Below are positions 38,577 through 51,187 of a DNA stretch of 64,000 nucleotides, piece by piece. Each line of letters opens with the position of its first letter. Within the stretch, counting starts at the first letter, position 1. Under the pieces are notes generated by a model that ran no database searches, was not told the origin of the DNA, and saw only the letters and a list, made by a program, of their open reading frames with translations. The translations under genes and the position numbers were made by a program. Source of the stretch: Octopus sinensis (Eukaryota); assembly GCF_006345805.1 (NCBI RefSeq), contig NC_043005.1:65596001-65660000 (forward strand), read 5' to 3'.

Positions 38577-39020
38577 GTTTATCTTTTGTTTTATATATGT
38601 GAAAATTGACTCCAAGTCTCGCCCAGAGACCTCAAGAGACAAGTTAGAGGTTCTAGTTGATGTTATGACTAGGGTGGCATATTTTTGGTTTTACACAGAG
38701 TATTGTCCTAGAGAATATCTGCCAAACCATAAGTAAATTATAAGCTTGCTTTAAAAGTAATTTGATTATATGATAGTGTTAGCTGTTATGTATATTTAAA
38801 AGTATTGTGACTGTTTACAGATTAATATGTTCTAAGTATTACATAGACAATATTTTACGGAGGATATGAGCAGTCTCCATGAGCACTATTTTTGGATTTC
38901 TCGATATCTGAGCTACGTAGCAATCAGTCCCTTTTGCTATCATTATGACAACAAGTATTGTTTCAGCCTTGAGGTTCCACATTTTGCTAATTTATATATA
39001 TATATATATATATATAACAC

Positions 39021-39322
39021 AACAATTGCAGCGTGGAAGGTGTTTATAAGCCATTTAAGAAACACACAAAAGCCGTTCGATTCACTTCAACATTTAAGTT
39101 TAATTTATCAAAATATTTTCGTCGCTAAAATCCGCGACCTGTTCACTGACAAAGTCCGTGCTGCATCTAAGCTTAGATGCAGCACGGACTTTGTCAGTGA
39201 ACAGGTCGCGGATTTTAACGACGAAAATATTTTGACAAATTAAACTTAAATGTTGAAGTGAATCGAACGGCTTTTGTGTGTTTCTTAAATGGCTTATAAA
39301 CACCTTCCACGCTGCAATTGTT
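39021..39322. repeat. Spacerless palindrome, 151-bp arms, two substitutions seen between arms
   Basis: Centre CTAAG|CTTAG at 39171/39172; arms run AACAATTGCAGCG... to ...CGCTGCAATTGTT. Confidence 0.95.
39190..39239 (+). ncRNA. Type I hammerhead fold with G3-C8 swapped core (mirror copy at 39104-39153, minus)
   Basis: UUUGUCA-GUGAACA-G-GUCG...CGAC-GAAA-AUAUU-U-UGACAAA. 7-bp stem I, 4-bp stem II, palindromic stem III AAUAUU. Confidence 0.6.
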
Positions 39323-39377
39323 TTCGTTTCAGCACACGATCTCAGATCAAATTACTTGCTATGCGAGTACATCTCCG

Positions 39378-39461
<84 letters not shown>

Positions 39462-39736
39462 TATATATATATAATATATATATATTAAGGAGTATAACTT
39501 CAAACTTACAGAGAAAAATTCAATTTAGAATTAAATCAAATTTCACAATATAAATATAAATATATACGTAGTTTTTTACTTATTATATATTGATCATTCA
39601 TTTTTATACTTTTTGAGATCTAGTTATAGTTATATGTTTTATAAAAATATATATTATTTGTTATTTATGTTTGGTTTATGTCTATCACTGTTTGAATTGC
39701 ATAATAGTGGTTTTATCTCTAATTTATATATGTATG

Positions 39737-39840
<104 letters not shown>

Positions 39841-39906
39841 CACATATATAGAAATACCGATTCCCCAACATCGTCACACATCGTGAACTGAGACTATTTC
39901 AATTCA

Positions 39907-39937
<31 letters not shown>

Positions 39938-39947
39938 ATATAAATAT

Positions 39948-42386
39948 AAATTAAAAGTAAAAATAGCAATTGGTATAAAATTGCATCAATGACTTCAACT
40001 TGAATAAGTGGTTTCACATGAATGGGAATAAATTAAAAATAAAATTTGTGTGCAGAAATGGAATAGTCCAGATGGAGCTGTGCACATACCCTTTACCACG
40101 GCTTTTACATTAGATTATTTGCTAATTAGCTAGCATTAAGTATCTATATGAAGTTTGGCTGTATGTAATGTGTTTTCTCGAACAGCTGCTTCTACTGAGT
40201 ACTGCTGTTGGTTTATTTCTTATACATAAAGGACTATAGCTTCAACTGCGTACTGCTTTTTGATTCACCGTAAGGTTTGTTGTTATTATTATTACTGTTT
40301 AACTATTGTTATCACGTTTGTTGGTTCCTCGTAAGGGAAACGTTGTCGTGTTGCTTTTGTTAAATAATTGTAAACCGTAACCCTCCCTATTTGGGAGAAG
40401 GAGCTTTGGTTATTGTTTAAAAATTGAATTGTGTCCCTGTTTGGAGAAATTGACAATATTTTCACCGTTTATACGGAAGCATTTTTGTTAAAATGCCTTC
40501 GATAGAAGAAAGTCTAAAAATGAATTTCGCTGCAGCCGTCAGCGGGCGCGAACTCATTAAAATTAAAATGGAAGAAATACATACCTATTTCGGATTGATC
40601 ACCGACAAAGGCGGTGAATCTAGGATAACACCACAAAACGAAATAAAAAATTAAATTAAAAAAAGACTATTGTCTATAAGTATACAATGTAAGAAAAAAA
40701 GATTTGAACACCTGGAGGAAAGCACCATCGAAAAGGGAGTACTCGACTCGAACCTTGCAAAGTGGAAATATTTTATTTTCACCTTTATATCTGGGACGTA
40801 GGACGTCCCGGATAAAAATTAAAAATGTCCCCCCAGAAGTAGAGTAGGCTGGATTGTAGCCACACATCTATACAAGAGGGAGGACAAGATACAATTGATC
40901 GAAATTGCAAGAGACGGGCCTACAATTCCAGTCTGTTATATATTTTGAGTATTGTTATCACTAGCGATATCAAGATATAACTTTGTATCTTGTATTTTAT
41001 GAGTAGATGTATATATATAGATGTACACATATATATACACATATATACATGCACCAGCACTATGACCCGGCAACGCCGGGTCATAATGCTAGTATATGTA
41101 TATATAATATATACACACACACATATATATGTATATATGTAATATATATGTAACATATATATATATATAAATATATATATATGTTACATATATATATACA
41201 TATATAGATATATATGTTGTGTGTATATATATATACATATACTAGCATTATGACCCGGCGTTGCCGGGTCATAGTGCTTGTGCATGTATATATGTGTATA
41301 TATATATGTGTACATCTATATATATACATCTACTCATAAAATACAAGATACAAAGTTATATCTTGATATCGCTAGTGATAACAATACTCAAAATATATAA
41401 CAGACTGGAATTGTAGGCCCGTCTCTTGCAATTTCGATCAATTGTATCTTGTCCTCCCTCTTGTATAGATGTGTGGCTACAATCCAGCCTACCTCTACTT
41501 CTGGGGGGACATTTTTAATTTTTATCCGGGACGTCCTACGTCCCAGATATAAAGGTGAAAATAAAATATTTCCACTTTGCAAGGTTCGAGTCGAGTACTC
41601 CCTTTTCGATGGTGCTTTCCTCCAGGTGTTCAAATCTTTTTTCTCTCTACATTGTATACTTTATAGACAATAGTCTTTTCTTTAATTTAATTTTTTATTT
41701 CGTTTTGTGGTGTTATCCTAGATTCACCGCCTTTGTCGGTGATCAATCCGAAATAGGTATGTATTTCTTCCATTTTAATTTTAATGAGTTCGCGCCCGCT
41801 GACGGCTGCAGCGAAATTCATTTTTAGACTTTCTTCTATCGAAGGCATTTTAACAAAAATGCTTCCGTATAAACGGTGAAAATATTGTCAATTTCTCCAA
41901 ACAGGGACACAATTCAATTTTTAAACAATAACCAAAGCTCCTTCTCCCAAATAGGGAGGGTTACGGTTTACAATTATTTAACAAAAGCAACACGACAACG
42001 TTTCCTTACGAGGACCAACAAACGTGATAACATAGTTAAACAGTAATAATAATAACAACAAACTACGGTGAATCAAAAAGCAGTACGCAGTTGAAGCTAT
42101 AGTCCTTTATGTATAAGAAATAAACCAACAGCAGTACTCAGTAGAAGCAGCTGTTCGAGAAAACACATTACATACAGCCAACTTCATATAGATACTTAAT
42201 GCTAGCTAATTAGCAAATAATCTAATGTAAAAGCCGTGGTAAAGGGTATGTGCACAGCTCCATCTGGACTATTCCATTTCTGCACACAAATTTTATTTTT
42301 AATTTATTCCCATTCATGTGAAACCACTTATTCAAGTTGAAGTCATTGATGCAATTTTATGCCAATTGCTATTTTTACTTTTAATT
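39948..42386. repeat. Large near-perfect inverted duplication (about 1.2-kb arms, centre near 41167 in an AT tract)
   Basis: AATTAAAAGTAAAAATAGCAATTGG... at 39948 is the reverse complement of ...CCAATTGCTATTTTTACTTTTAATT at 42386. Arms differ mostly by 1-2 bp indels. Confidence 0.95.
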
Positions 42387-42715
42387 GTTATGTTACGATT
42401 TAATGATTATATTATACTTTAGTTTGATTTTAATTATTACTTACTACATATAATTCAATTGTAATTATTATCTCTAATTTTTATTGTTAAAGTGAAAGTA
42501 TCTGACATAAAATAGAGAAATGTTTTTGTTCACTTTTAACACGTAAGAGAAGTTATGCTATTGCTATGGGCTCGCCCTAGGCAAGAAGTTGAACATTTTT
42601 CTTGCCCATGAAACTACATGGACCCTAAGTAAGGCATGTGTAAAATTTGAATGAAATTGGTTGGGTAGTTCTCAAGTTTTAGGGAAACACACAGACATAC
42701 ACACATTCTCAGTTT

Positions 42716-42725
<10 letters not shown>
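41242..42725 (-). mobile_element. Non-autonomous Helitron-type element, about 1.5 kb (its 3' 1.15 kb is mirrored at 39948-41092)
   Basis: 5' part matches the 14996 family. 3' hairpin ATGACCCGGCAACGCCGGGTCAT followed by CTAG. Confidence 0.65.
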
Positions 42726-42761
<36 letters not shown>

Positions 42762-42830
42762 GGAGTAAACACATAAATGTGAAACAAGGTGGAAAAAAGA
42801 GTACTCAAATACCAGTGGTAGAGTAATATG

Positions 42831-42988
42831 CTTTATTTAAAGCAGCAGAAAATTCAACAAAATCTGTAACTCTGAGTTTCTCGTTGCCGTTCATCAGACA
42901 GTTTTTGCTAGAAAAAACTGTCTGATGAACGGCAACGAGAAACTCAGAGTAACAGATTTTGTTGAATTTTCTGCTGCTTTAAATAAAG
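42831..42988. repeat. Inverted repeat (about 76-bp arms, 5-bp spacer)
   Basis: CTTTATTTAAAGCAGCAG...CATCAGACAGTTTTT-GCTAG-AAAAAACTGTCTGATG...CTGCTGCTTTAAATAAAG. Confidence 0.95.
42913..42960 (+). ncRNA. Minimal type I hammerhead ribozyme fold (mirror copy on minus strand at about 42858-42905)
   Basis: CUGU-CUGAUGA-A-CG-GCAA-CG-A-GAAAC-UCAGAGU-A-ACAG. Stem I CUGU/ACAG extends by A/U pairs; stem III ACUC/GAGU. Triplet is GUA (plus) or GUU (minus). Confidence 0.7.
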
Positions 42989-43299
42989 TATATATATATA
43001 TATATATATTATCTTTTTTCGATAATGTCACAGTATCTGCAGCACTAGGCGTAGTTCTTGGCAGAAATAATTACATTGCCCTGAGATTGCATAAATGTGA
43101 ATGGCAGGTCGAGATGGTTTTCAAGGTCAATGTCAAAAGTGAGTGCAAGAATTACAAATTCGATATTATTTTAATTACTATTAAGAGAGCTGATGGAAAT
43201 AACTCAAGTGAAGCAATGGCATGAACCTATATAATTCAAATGATGGGCAATAGCGTATACAATGACGAACGGAAAAAATGTTAATGAAATGAAATGTTC

Positions 43300-43620
43300 T
43301 TTTTAGTTGGAGAAAGAACACAAAAATCTAGTGGTAATTTTTAATATCTCTCATAGATAATGAAGGTCCATTTGAATAAATTAAGAATTCAGTCTCACAG
43401 GAAATTCAATGTTTGCGCAGTGGGTACAATTCTGATCTTTGGTTGCTGGGTAAAATGACAACTACTGAATTATCTTCATGATATTCAGCCTCATTGATAT
43501 AACATAGTTTACTCTATCCTGCTTTGATCATTTGACAGAGGCTTCTGCCAGTAGAAAAATAGTTACGAACATTTTTGCAAGTGTAATCTTATAATGATTT
43601 TGCTTGTCACTGCGGGAGAT
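43300..43620 (-). pseudogene. Possible highly decayed Helitron Pif1-like helicase remnant
   Basis: Minus-strand fragments ...VVVILP... and EFPVRLN resemble the FPVRLxFAMT helicase motif; many stops. Confidence 0.25.
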
Positions 43621-44874
43621 ATGGGGAAGAGAGGAACAGGTGGTGGTGAGTGAAATGTGTAATTTTTTAACTAAGATTTTTTTTTCTCTCTGTTACTTAG
43701 CCCGTCTGTAAAGCTTTCATATGATTATGTGAAGGGGAAGGTGAAGAGCGAAAGAAAAAGGAGAGAGAAAAAGAGAGTAATGCGAAGAGTGAGAGAGAAA
43801 GAGGGAGTATTGTGTATTAAGTCTATAAAATTGTGTATAAAGTATATAAAGTGTATATATAAAGTGCTTTAAGTAATTATCGTTTTCCAATTTCCTTTAC
43901 AATGATTAGCAGATGAGCGACTATCTTTTGGTGCAGACACAATACAGCCTACGCTTTCAGGTTTTTTGGATAAAGCTTTCAGAAATAATCCAATAGGTTT
44001 ATCATTAATTCCACGAAATATTCATGGGTCCCGCTAGTTTGTTATAATTACGAAAACTAGACTAAGAGGAATGAATTAAATAGGCCTATGATAATAATTT
44101 AGATAATTAATGTAGATAATTAAGCAAAAGTAAAAAAAATCTTCAAGAATCGAAATTTGAGGAAAACAAAACCTCGTGGTAATTGCTATTTATTTTCACA
44201 GGCAAGGGAAGATAAATTCATAAAGTTAAAATTAATTTCACAAAAAATTGAATTTTTAAGCTTATAAGGAGAATTTGGAAGCATATTCGACTCAAAACTG
44301 CTTTGATCAGTTAACAAGTTTTCATAAATAGAAAAAAGTTAAAAAGAATGTTTGGTTAATACAATTTGCATTACTACAGAATTGCAGCATTCGAGAAAGT
44401 TCGATACTTTTTTAGGAGAGACAAGTTATAAGTGTCAGATTATTGTTATTTTAGATATCATTACTAATAATTATCATTATCTAATAATTTGACCTGCCAA
44501 CTTATTATTCTAGAGTGAAGGAGACGGGTGTAGCAGCTCTCTGAACATACCCTACTGAACACTAGCTATCATAGCCGACTAGCTTCCAGAATGCGGTCGG
44601 AACGTAAAGGCAATTTGGAAGCTAACGATAAAATAAAATCTTGTGTTAAACTGGGCAAAAACACTACAGAAACTTATGGATTAACATGTATGATCCGAGC
44701 ATCTGTATTCCAAGGACGGTAGACAGAAGGTGAGAAACGATGATAGGTGCGGGAGGGAGATGGATGTCAAAACATCAGAGCTGGTTGAGAAAATTTGCAA
44801 TTTTGGGAGTGAGAACCGTCGTATGTTTATAAAGACAATAAGCATAAGTATGGAGTTGGTGTGGAAAGTGTGGC

Positions 44875-45255
44875 TGGCACTCCGTCGGTTACGACGACAA
44901 GGGTTCCAGTTGATCTGATCAACGGAACAGCCTGCTCGTGAAATTAACGTGCAAGCGGCTGAGCACTCCACAGACACGTGTACCCTTAACGTAGTCCTCG
45001 GGGAGGTTCAGCATGACACAGAGTGTGACAAGGCTGGCCCTTTGAAATACAGGTACAACAGAAACAGGAAGAAAGTGTGAGAGAAAGTTGTGGTAGAAGA
45101 GGACAGCAGAATTCGCCAATACCCCCTGTCAGAGCCTCGTGGAGCTTTAGGTGTTTTCGCTCAATAAACATTCACAACGCCCAGTCTTGGAATCGAAACC
45201 GCGATCCTACGACTGCGAGTCCGCAGCTCTTACCACTGGGCCATTGCGCCTCCAC
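44875..45255 (-). mobile_element. tRNA-derived SINE family D
   Basis: Minus head GTGGAGGCGCAATGGCCCAGTGG...GGTTTCGATTCC, related to the family C head, with a distinct body and tail (...GTAACCGACGGAGTGCCA). Confidence 0.75.
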
Positions 45256-45367
45256 TGTGGCAAGTGTAAGAAAACTGTCTCTCACCTTCTTTACAGTACA
45301 GATCTTCCTCCCTGTGACGTTTAGTTACTCCTCAAGATGGATGAAAACCTCAAGATGAATGAAATGT

Positions 45368-45600
45368 AAGGCGGCGAGCTGGCAGAAACGTTAGCACACC
45401 GGGCGAAATGCTTAGCGGTATTTCGTCTGCCGCTATGTTCTGAGTTCAAATTCCGCTGAGGTCGACTTTGCCTTTCATCCTTTCGGGGTCGATTAAATAA
45501 GTACCAGTTACGCACTGGGGTCGATGTAATCGACTTAATCCGTTTGTCTGTCTTTGTTTGTCCCCTCTGTGTGTAGCCCCTTGTGGGCAGTAAAGAAATA
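45368..45600 (+). mobile_element. SINE family B (tail type 2, Tx1-like)
   Basis: Full head and central module; tail TTTGTCCCCTCTGTGTGTAGCCCCTTGTGGGCAGTAAAGAAATA. Confidence 0.92.
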
Positions 45601-45605
45601 GAAAT

Positions 45606-45790
45606 AGGCATTTCGTCTGCCTTTATGTTCTGAGTTCAAATTCCGCCGAGATCGACTTTGCCTTTCATCCTTTCGGGGCCGATAAATTAAGTACCAATTA
45701 CGCACTGGTGTCGATATAATCGACTTAAGCCCTTTTTCTGTCCTTGTTTTTCCCCTCTATGTTTAGCCCCTTGTGGGTAATAAAGAAACA
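45606..45790 (+). mobile_element. SINE family B (tail type 2), 5'-truncated, tandem to the previous copy
   Basis: GCATTTCGTCTGCC...AGCCCCTTGTGGGTAATAAAGAAACA. Confidence 0.9.
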
Positions 45791-45804
45791 CGATGAATGA
45801 AAAC

Positions 45805-46032
45805 CATAAGGGCAGTCGTTTTGAAGACATTCAGAAACTGGAGGAGGCTGTGAGAAGGGTCTTGGGCATTTTCACTTTGGAAGACCTCCATGGGACATTC
45901 ATTAAGTAGCTGGAGCGCTACAAGTGCATTGATGTCAAAGGATGTTACTTTGAAGGAGATTAGAGTTTTGTACTTCTTTGAAATAAATAAATGTCTCCCG
46001 AAACAGTCTCAAAACTTCTGGAATATACCTTG
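45805..46032 (+). mobile_element. mariner transposon 3' end remnant
   Basis: Translation KGSRFEDIQK...LERY.KCIDVKGCYFEGD; right end GAATATACCTTG|TA. Confidence 0.65.
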
Positions 46033-46119
46033 TACACGTAGAAAAGAGAGTTACGAAGACTTTCTACTGGAATGATTTGCATAATTTCGAAATGTGAGCT
46101 TATTGAAATATGTCGGTTC

Positions 46120-46404
46120 TCTTACTCTTTTACTCTTTTACTTGTTTCAGTCATTTGACTGTGGCCATGCTGGAGCACCGCCTTTAGTCGAGCAAATCGA
46201 CCCCAGGACTTATTCTTTGTAAGCCTAGTACTCATTCTATCGGTCTCTTTTGCCGAACCACAAAGTTACGGGGACGCAAACACACCAGCATCGGTTGTCA
46301 ATCGATGTGGTGGGGGTGGGGACAAACATATACACACACATACATATATATATATACATATATACGACGGGCTTCTTTCAGTTTCCGTCTACCAAATCCA
46401 CTCA
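46120..46404 (-). mobile_element. SINE family A lacking its head
   Basis: Reverse complement of the tail and internal region. Confidence 0.88.
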
Positions 46405-47099
46405 GTATACGTGCAGTCAACATAATAAAAACCGGAATAGTGCTGGGCAGCATTTAGCTCTCTTTTTAATATACCCATATCTAGTCTTTCTTCATCTTGT
46501 TTGGGTTTATCACACTTATTTCATATCCGCAGTAACTATATTTATCTCCCTTTCTGTACACACACACACAGGAACACATATAATTACGTATCTGTAAGTT
46601 CCCTTACAAATATTCAGAGATATAAGCTTTTCTATAAATATGTCTTGTCCATATTTCCTTCTTGTTAAGCTACGGTCATCTTGTTAAAAGTCTGTTGTTG
46701 CTTTATTCCTTATATTTTAACATAATCGTTGAGAATACCAATAAACTTTGGCATGACCTCCACTACAATTCTCAGAATACTGTCAAAACTGACTGCATAA
46801 GTAGTTTCTAAAATGTAATAGGAAGTTAATATACATTACAGTTGTGAATTACAGCATGTAAGGATATCAGGAAGATCACGAATTGTTCGTGAAGCACACA
46901 CAAGCACATTATACACGCGCGAATGCATGCACATATGTTTATGTTAATTTCATTGAAACCTCTTATAATTATTATCATTTACATTTTACAAACTACATAC
47001 TCGAAAGGATTTATGTAAAATAAAATTTCTGGTGCAGCCAACGTTAGAACGATTATGAATGCGTTTGAAATTTCCTTTTACTGCAGCTAGCTGCCAGCT

Positions 47100-47600
47100 G
47101 TGATATCCGAAATCAATGCTGGAAAGATTAATCCTGACTAAGCTCAATAAACAAGCCGCAGACGCCAGTAATCCTTAAATACTTTTCAATTGATTGATAA
47201 TTTTAGTAAATACAGAGCAGTTTACTGTTAAGACATTAAAGCAGTTAGATTGGAAAGATATTTTCTCAATCAATATCCAAACAGACAGTATTTTATAGCC
47301 ATTTCCGAAAGTCCTAAAATAATGCCAATAGTGATAATACATTCTTAACATACCAACAATGCCAATAACGGCATAAATTCCTTCTCTCCGAAAACTCCTC
47401 TTTTCTACAGAATATAATTTTATCTAATCTTATATACCTTCTGCAGGAAGAATTTGTTTTTTGCTTAGACAATATTTCATACATGCTGCAATGCCAAATA
47501 AATACATTAGAAAGGATAGAACTCTGTGTCGAGAAGTCAATTGGAGGGAGTCAACCTCAGCTATCAGCAGAAAAGATGAAGTAGTCATTGAAGGCTAAAT
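47100..47600 (-). mobile_element. Possible old Tx1-type ORF2 C-terminal remnant
   Basis: Minus fragments LPAEGI..., GEKEFMPLLALL resemble LSAESIV...AIFIILVAMAKE of the young copies. Confidence 0.35.
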
Positions 47601-47661
47601 ATAGCATATGAAATAAAGGAAGTATATAGTAGATGCATGAGAGGCAAATCTCTGGAACGAC

Positions 47662-47695
<34 letters not shown>

Positions 47696-47753
<58 letters not shown>

Positions 47754-47784
47754 TTATTATTATTATTATTTTTATTTTTATTAA

Positions 47785-47824
<40 letters not shown>

Positions 47825-47845
47825 TTATTATTATTATATTATTAA

Positions 47846-47917
<72 letters not shown>
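47696..47917. repeat. (TTA)n tract
   Basis: Directly visible. Confidence 0.95.
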
Positions 47918-49255
47918 AGTTTAGCTAATTTGTGTGTGTATATATATATATATATAAACCCTGTTTTATGTTACTAATTGTTGTAGTTATAATTTGTAGT
48001 AGTAAAATGTGTATAAATTAGCACGAGATTATATAGTGTATATTACATAATTAGAATAAGATGAAACTTAGATGTTTATGAAATAAATATATATATTAAT
48101 GCAAATAGATTAAATTATAGAAATTTAGCTTAATTTATATTTATTATATTATGTATTTATGTATTTTAGTTTTTAAATTATTTAGACTACAATTTTTCCA
48201 GTAAATGGTATATTAAAGTTAATTTTTTTCTTATTCTCACAGCTATATATATATAAAAGAATAATATATATAAATGTATATATGTGTAAGAATAGTATAT
48301 ACATTATTCTTATACAAGACTGTTGTTGACAGTGACTTCGAAGTTTTGGCTAGCTAATAGTAAGGATAATAAATTTGTACTTTACAAAAGTATACGCACC
48401 TTTACACAAGAGCATTCAAACACTTCCATAGAAGAGATTTTTAATTAAGTAAGCACCACTTGAATAGGAGGTGCCTGAGTTTCTATGGAAAAACTACATA
48501 TTTGAAAAGTCTTGAAACACATATAGGAGGAGAAAAATGCATGTAAATTAAAACTTCTTTATACAAAGAAAAATTCGAATTGGCCTCACAAGTAAATTCT
48601 ACATATCTCATATATTTAGATTATATCTGAATTAGTGGCCAGTAATGGTATACAATATCTAAAACTCACTAATCCTAATCCACCTAATTAAAGGTCTAGT
48701 ATTCTCAATTCGAAACCTGAGTTTGATATAGGGTCAACCTCATGGGTTTTATAGCCGTATCAAGTTTCCAAATCTTCCTCTCACATTTTTTGCACTCAAG
48801 AAATATAATCACCAACCAAATATAATGCTGGCTAAACCTAAATACATTTAGCTTGCCTCAAGCCACATCAGTAAATGGACCTTAAATAAAGTTACATAGA
48901 CTAATAACTACTCGTAAGTAACCGGATGCAAATGCAATTGGGAAATGTCTATGCAACAGAAGCGTGCGTCAGACATTAAAATCAAATATGCTGTATAAGT
49001 GTTTGTAGAAATAAAAGATATTCAAATGTACTAATATCCGTATTGATTGTAATTTGCTTGGATATACGCTCAGTGAAATATCTATAATCCTGCGAAGCGA
49101 ACCTGGGATTTGTCCACCGGATAAAAAATACATTGGGATTGCTTGCCTTAAGTAATTCTATGTGCTCCTCATAACTCGGTGCGGTTAGCGACAAACTGGA
49201 TTATAACTGAGTGCTCGAGCGGTAGTCGCCTGGATACTTTATCCCCATCTCTTAA

Positions 49256-49300
<45 letters not shown>

Positions 49301-49382
49301 ACATACACACACACACATATATATATATATATGTATGTATGTATACAGAGAGAGAGAGAAAGAGAGATGCAAGTATGCATGT

Positions 49383-49530
49383 GCATGACTGTGTGGTAAG
49401 TAGTTTGCTTACTAACCACATGATTCCGGGTTCAGTCCCACTGGCCAAGTGTCTTCTACTATAGCCTCGGACCGGCCAAAGCCTTGAGAGTGGATTTGGT
49501 AGGCGGATACTGGAAGAAGCCCGTCGTATA
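49383..49530 (+). mobile_element. SINE family A, 5' half
   Basis: GTGTGGTAAGTAG...GGTTCAGTCCCACTG...GAAGAAGCCCGTCGTA. Confidence 0.85.
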
Positions 49531-49575
49531 TGTGTGTGTGTGTGTGTGTGTGTATACATATAGATATGACTATAG

Positions 49576-49690
<115 letters not shown>

Positions 49691-49717
49691 GATACATATA
49701 TATGTGTGCATATATAT

Positions 49718-50235
49718 GTGTGGAACAACAAGCATCTTAAGATCAGCTCAAAAGTCAGCATCCACAAGGCCGTCGTTCTCACGACGCTCCTATATAGCTC
49801 CGAGTCATGGGTCCTCTACGGCTATCATCTCAGACACCTTAAACATTTTAACCAACGCTGCCTCTGCACCATCCTCAACATTCACTGGAGTGACTACATT
49901 ACCAACACTGAGGTCCTCGAGTGAGCAAAGGTCACCTGTCTGGAAGTCATTTCCCTTAAGACAATACTGCGTTGGGCAGGGTACGTTGATAGGATGAAAG
50001 ACCACCTCCTACCCAAGATCATCATGTACGGTGAGCTCACAACCGCCCACCTCAACAGCATTACAAGGAATGTCTGAAGCAGTCCTTTAACGTTTGTGAC
50101 ATTGATTGACCGCGTCGCTTGGCACCATACCGACAGCGATGTTGTTTCCTCCGTTGAGATCCCTCGCAGTGTCTCTCTTGAAGACAAACGTCAGAGGTGG
50201 AAAAACAAAGCAGCTACATCATCAGACCCCGAACA
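49718..50235 (+). mobile_element. RTE-clade LINE 3' fragment (a different subfamily)
   Basis: VWNNKHLKISSKVSIHKAVVLTTLLYSSESWVLY...FNQRCLCTILNIHWSDYITNTEVLE...LRWAG. Confidence 0.85.
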
Positions 50236-50274
50236 ACCATAACCCTATCATCATAGCAATCAGATATATAATTA

Positions 50275-50972
<698 letters not shown>

Positions 50973-50989
50973 ATGTGTGTGTGTCTTCG

Positions 50990-51187
50990 AGTTTGTATTT
51001 GGCTCACCATCGGTGCCGATGTGTTTATGTCTCTGTAACGTAGAGGTTCTGCACAAAAGAGCGACAGAGTAAATACCGTGTTTTAAAAAAATAAGTAGTC
51101 TGGTCGATACATTCGACTAAAAATCTTTTAAGGCAGTGCGTCAGTGTGACCGCAGTCTAATGACTGAAGCAAGCAAAATATAAAAGA
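50990..51187 (+). mobile_element. Old, diverged 3' half of SINE family A
   Basis: GATGTGTTTATGTCTCTGTAAC...TTCGACTAAA...AGGCAGTGC...GACCGCAGTCTAATGACTGAAGCAAG. Confidence 0.65.

Noticed and set aside
44875-44910. Similarity of the SINE D tail to RTE 3' ends (TCGTCG...GGAGTG)
   Set aside because: Too short and gapped to support a partnership by eye.
48300-49194. ORF 48982-49194 and downstream frames as a LINE ORF1 remnant
   Set aside because: Only a vague resemblance, many stops and no firm motif.
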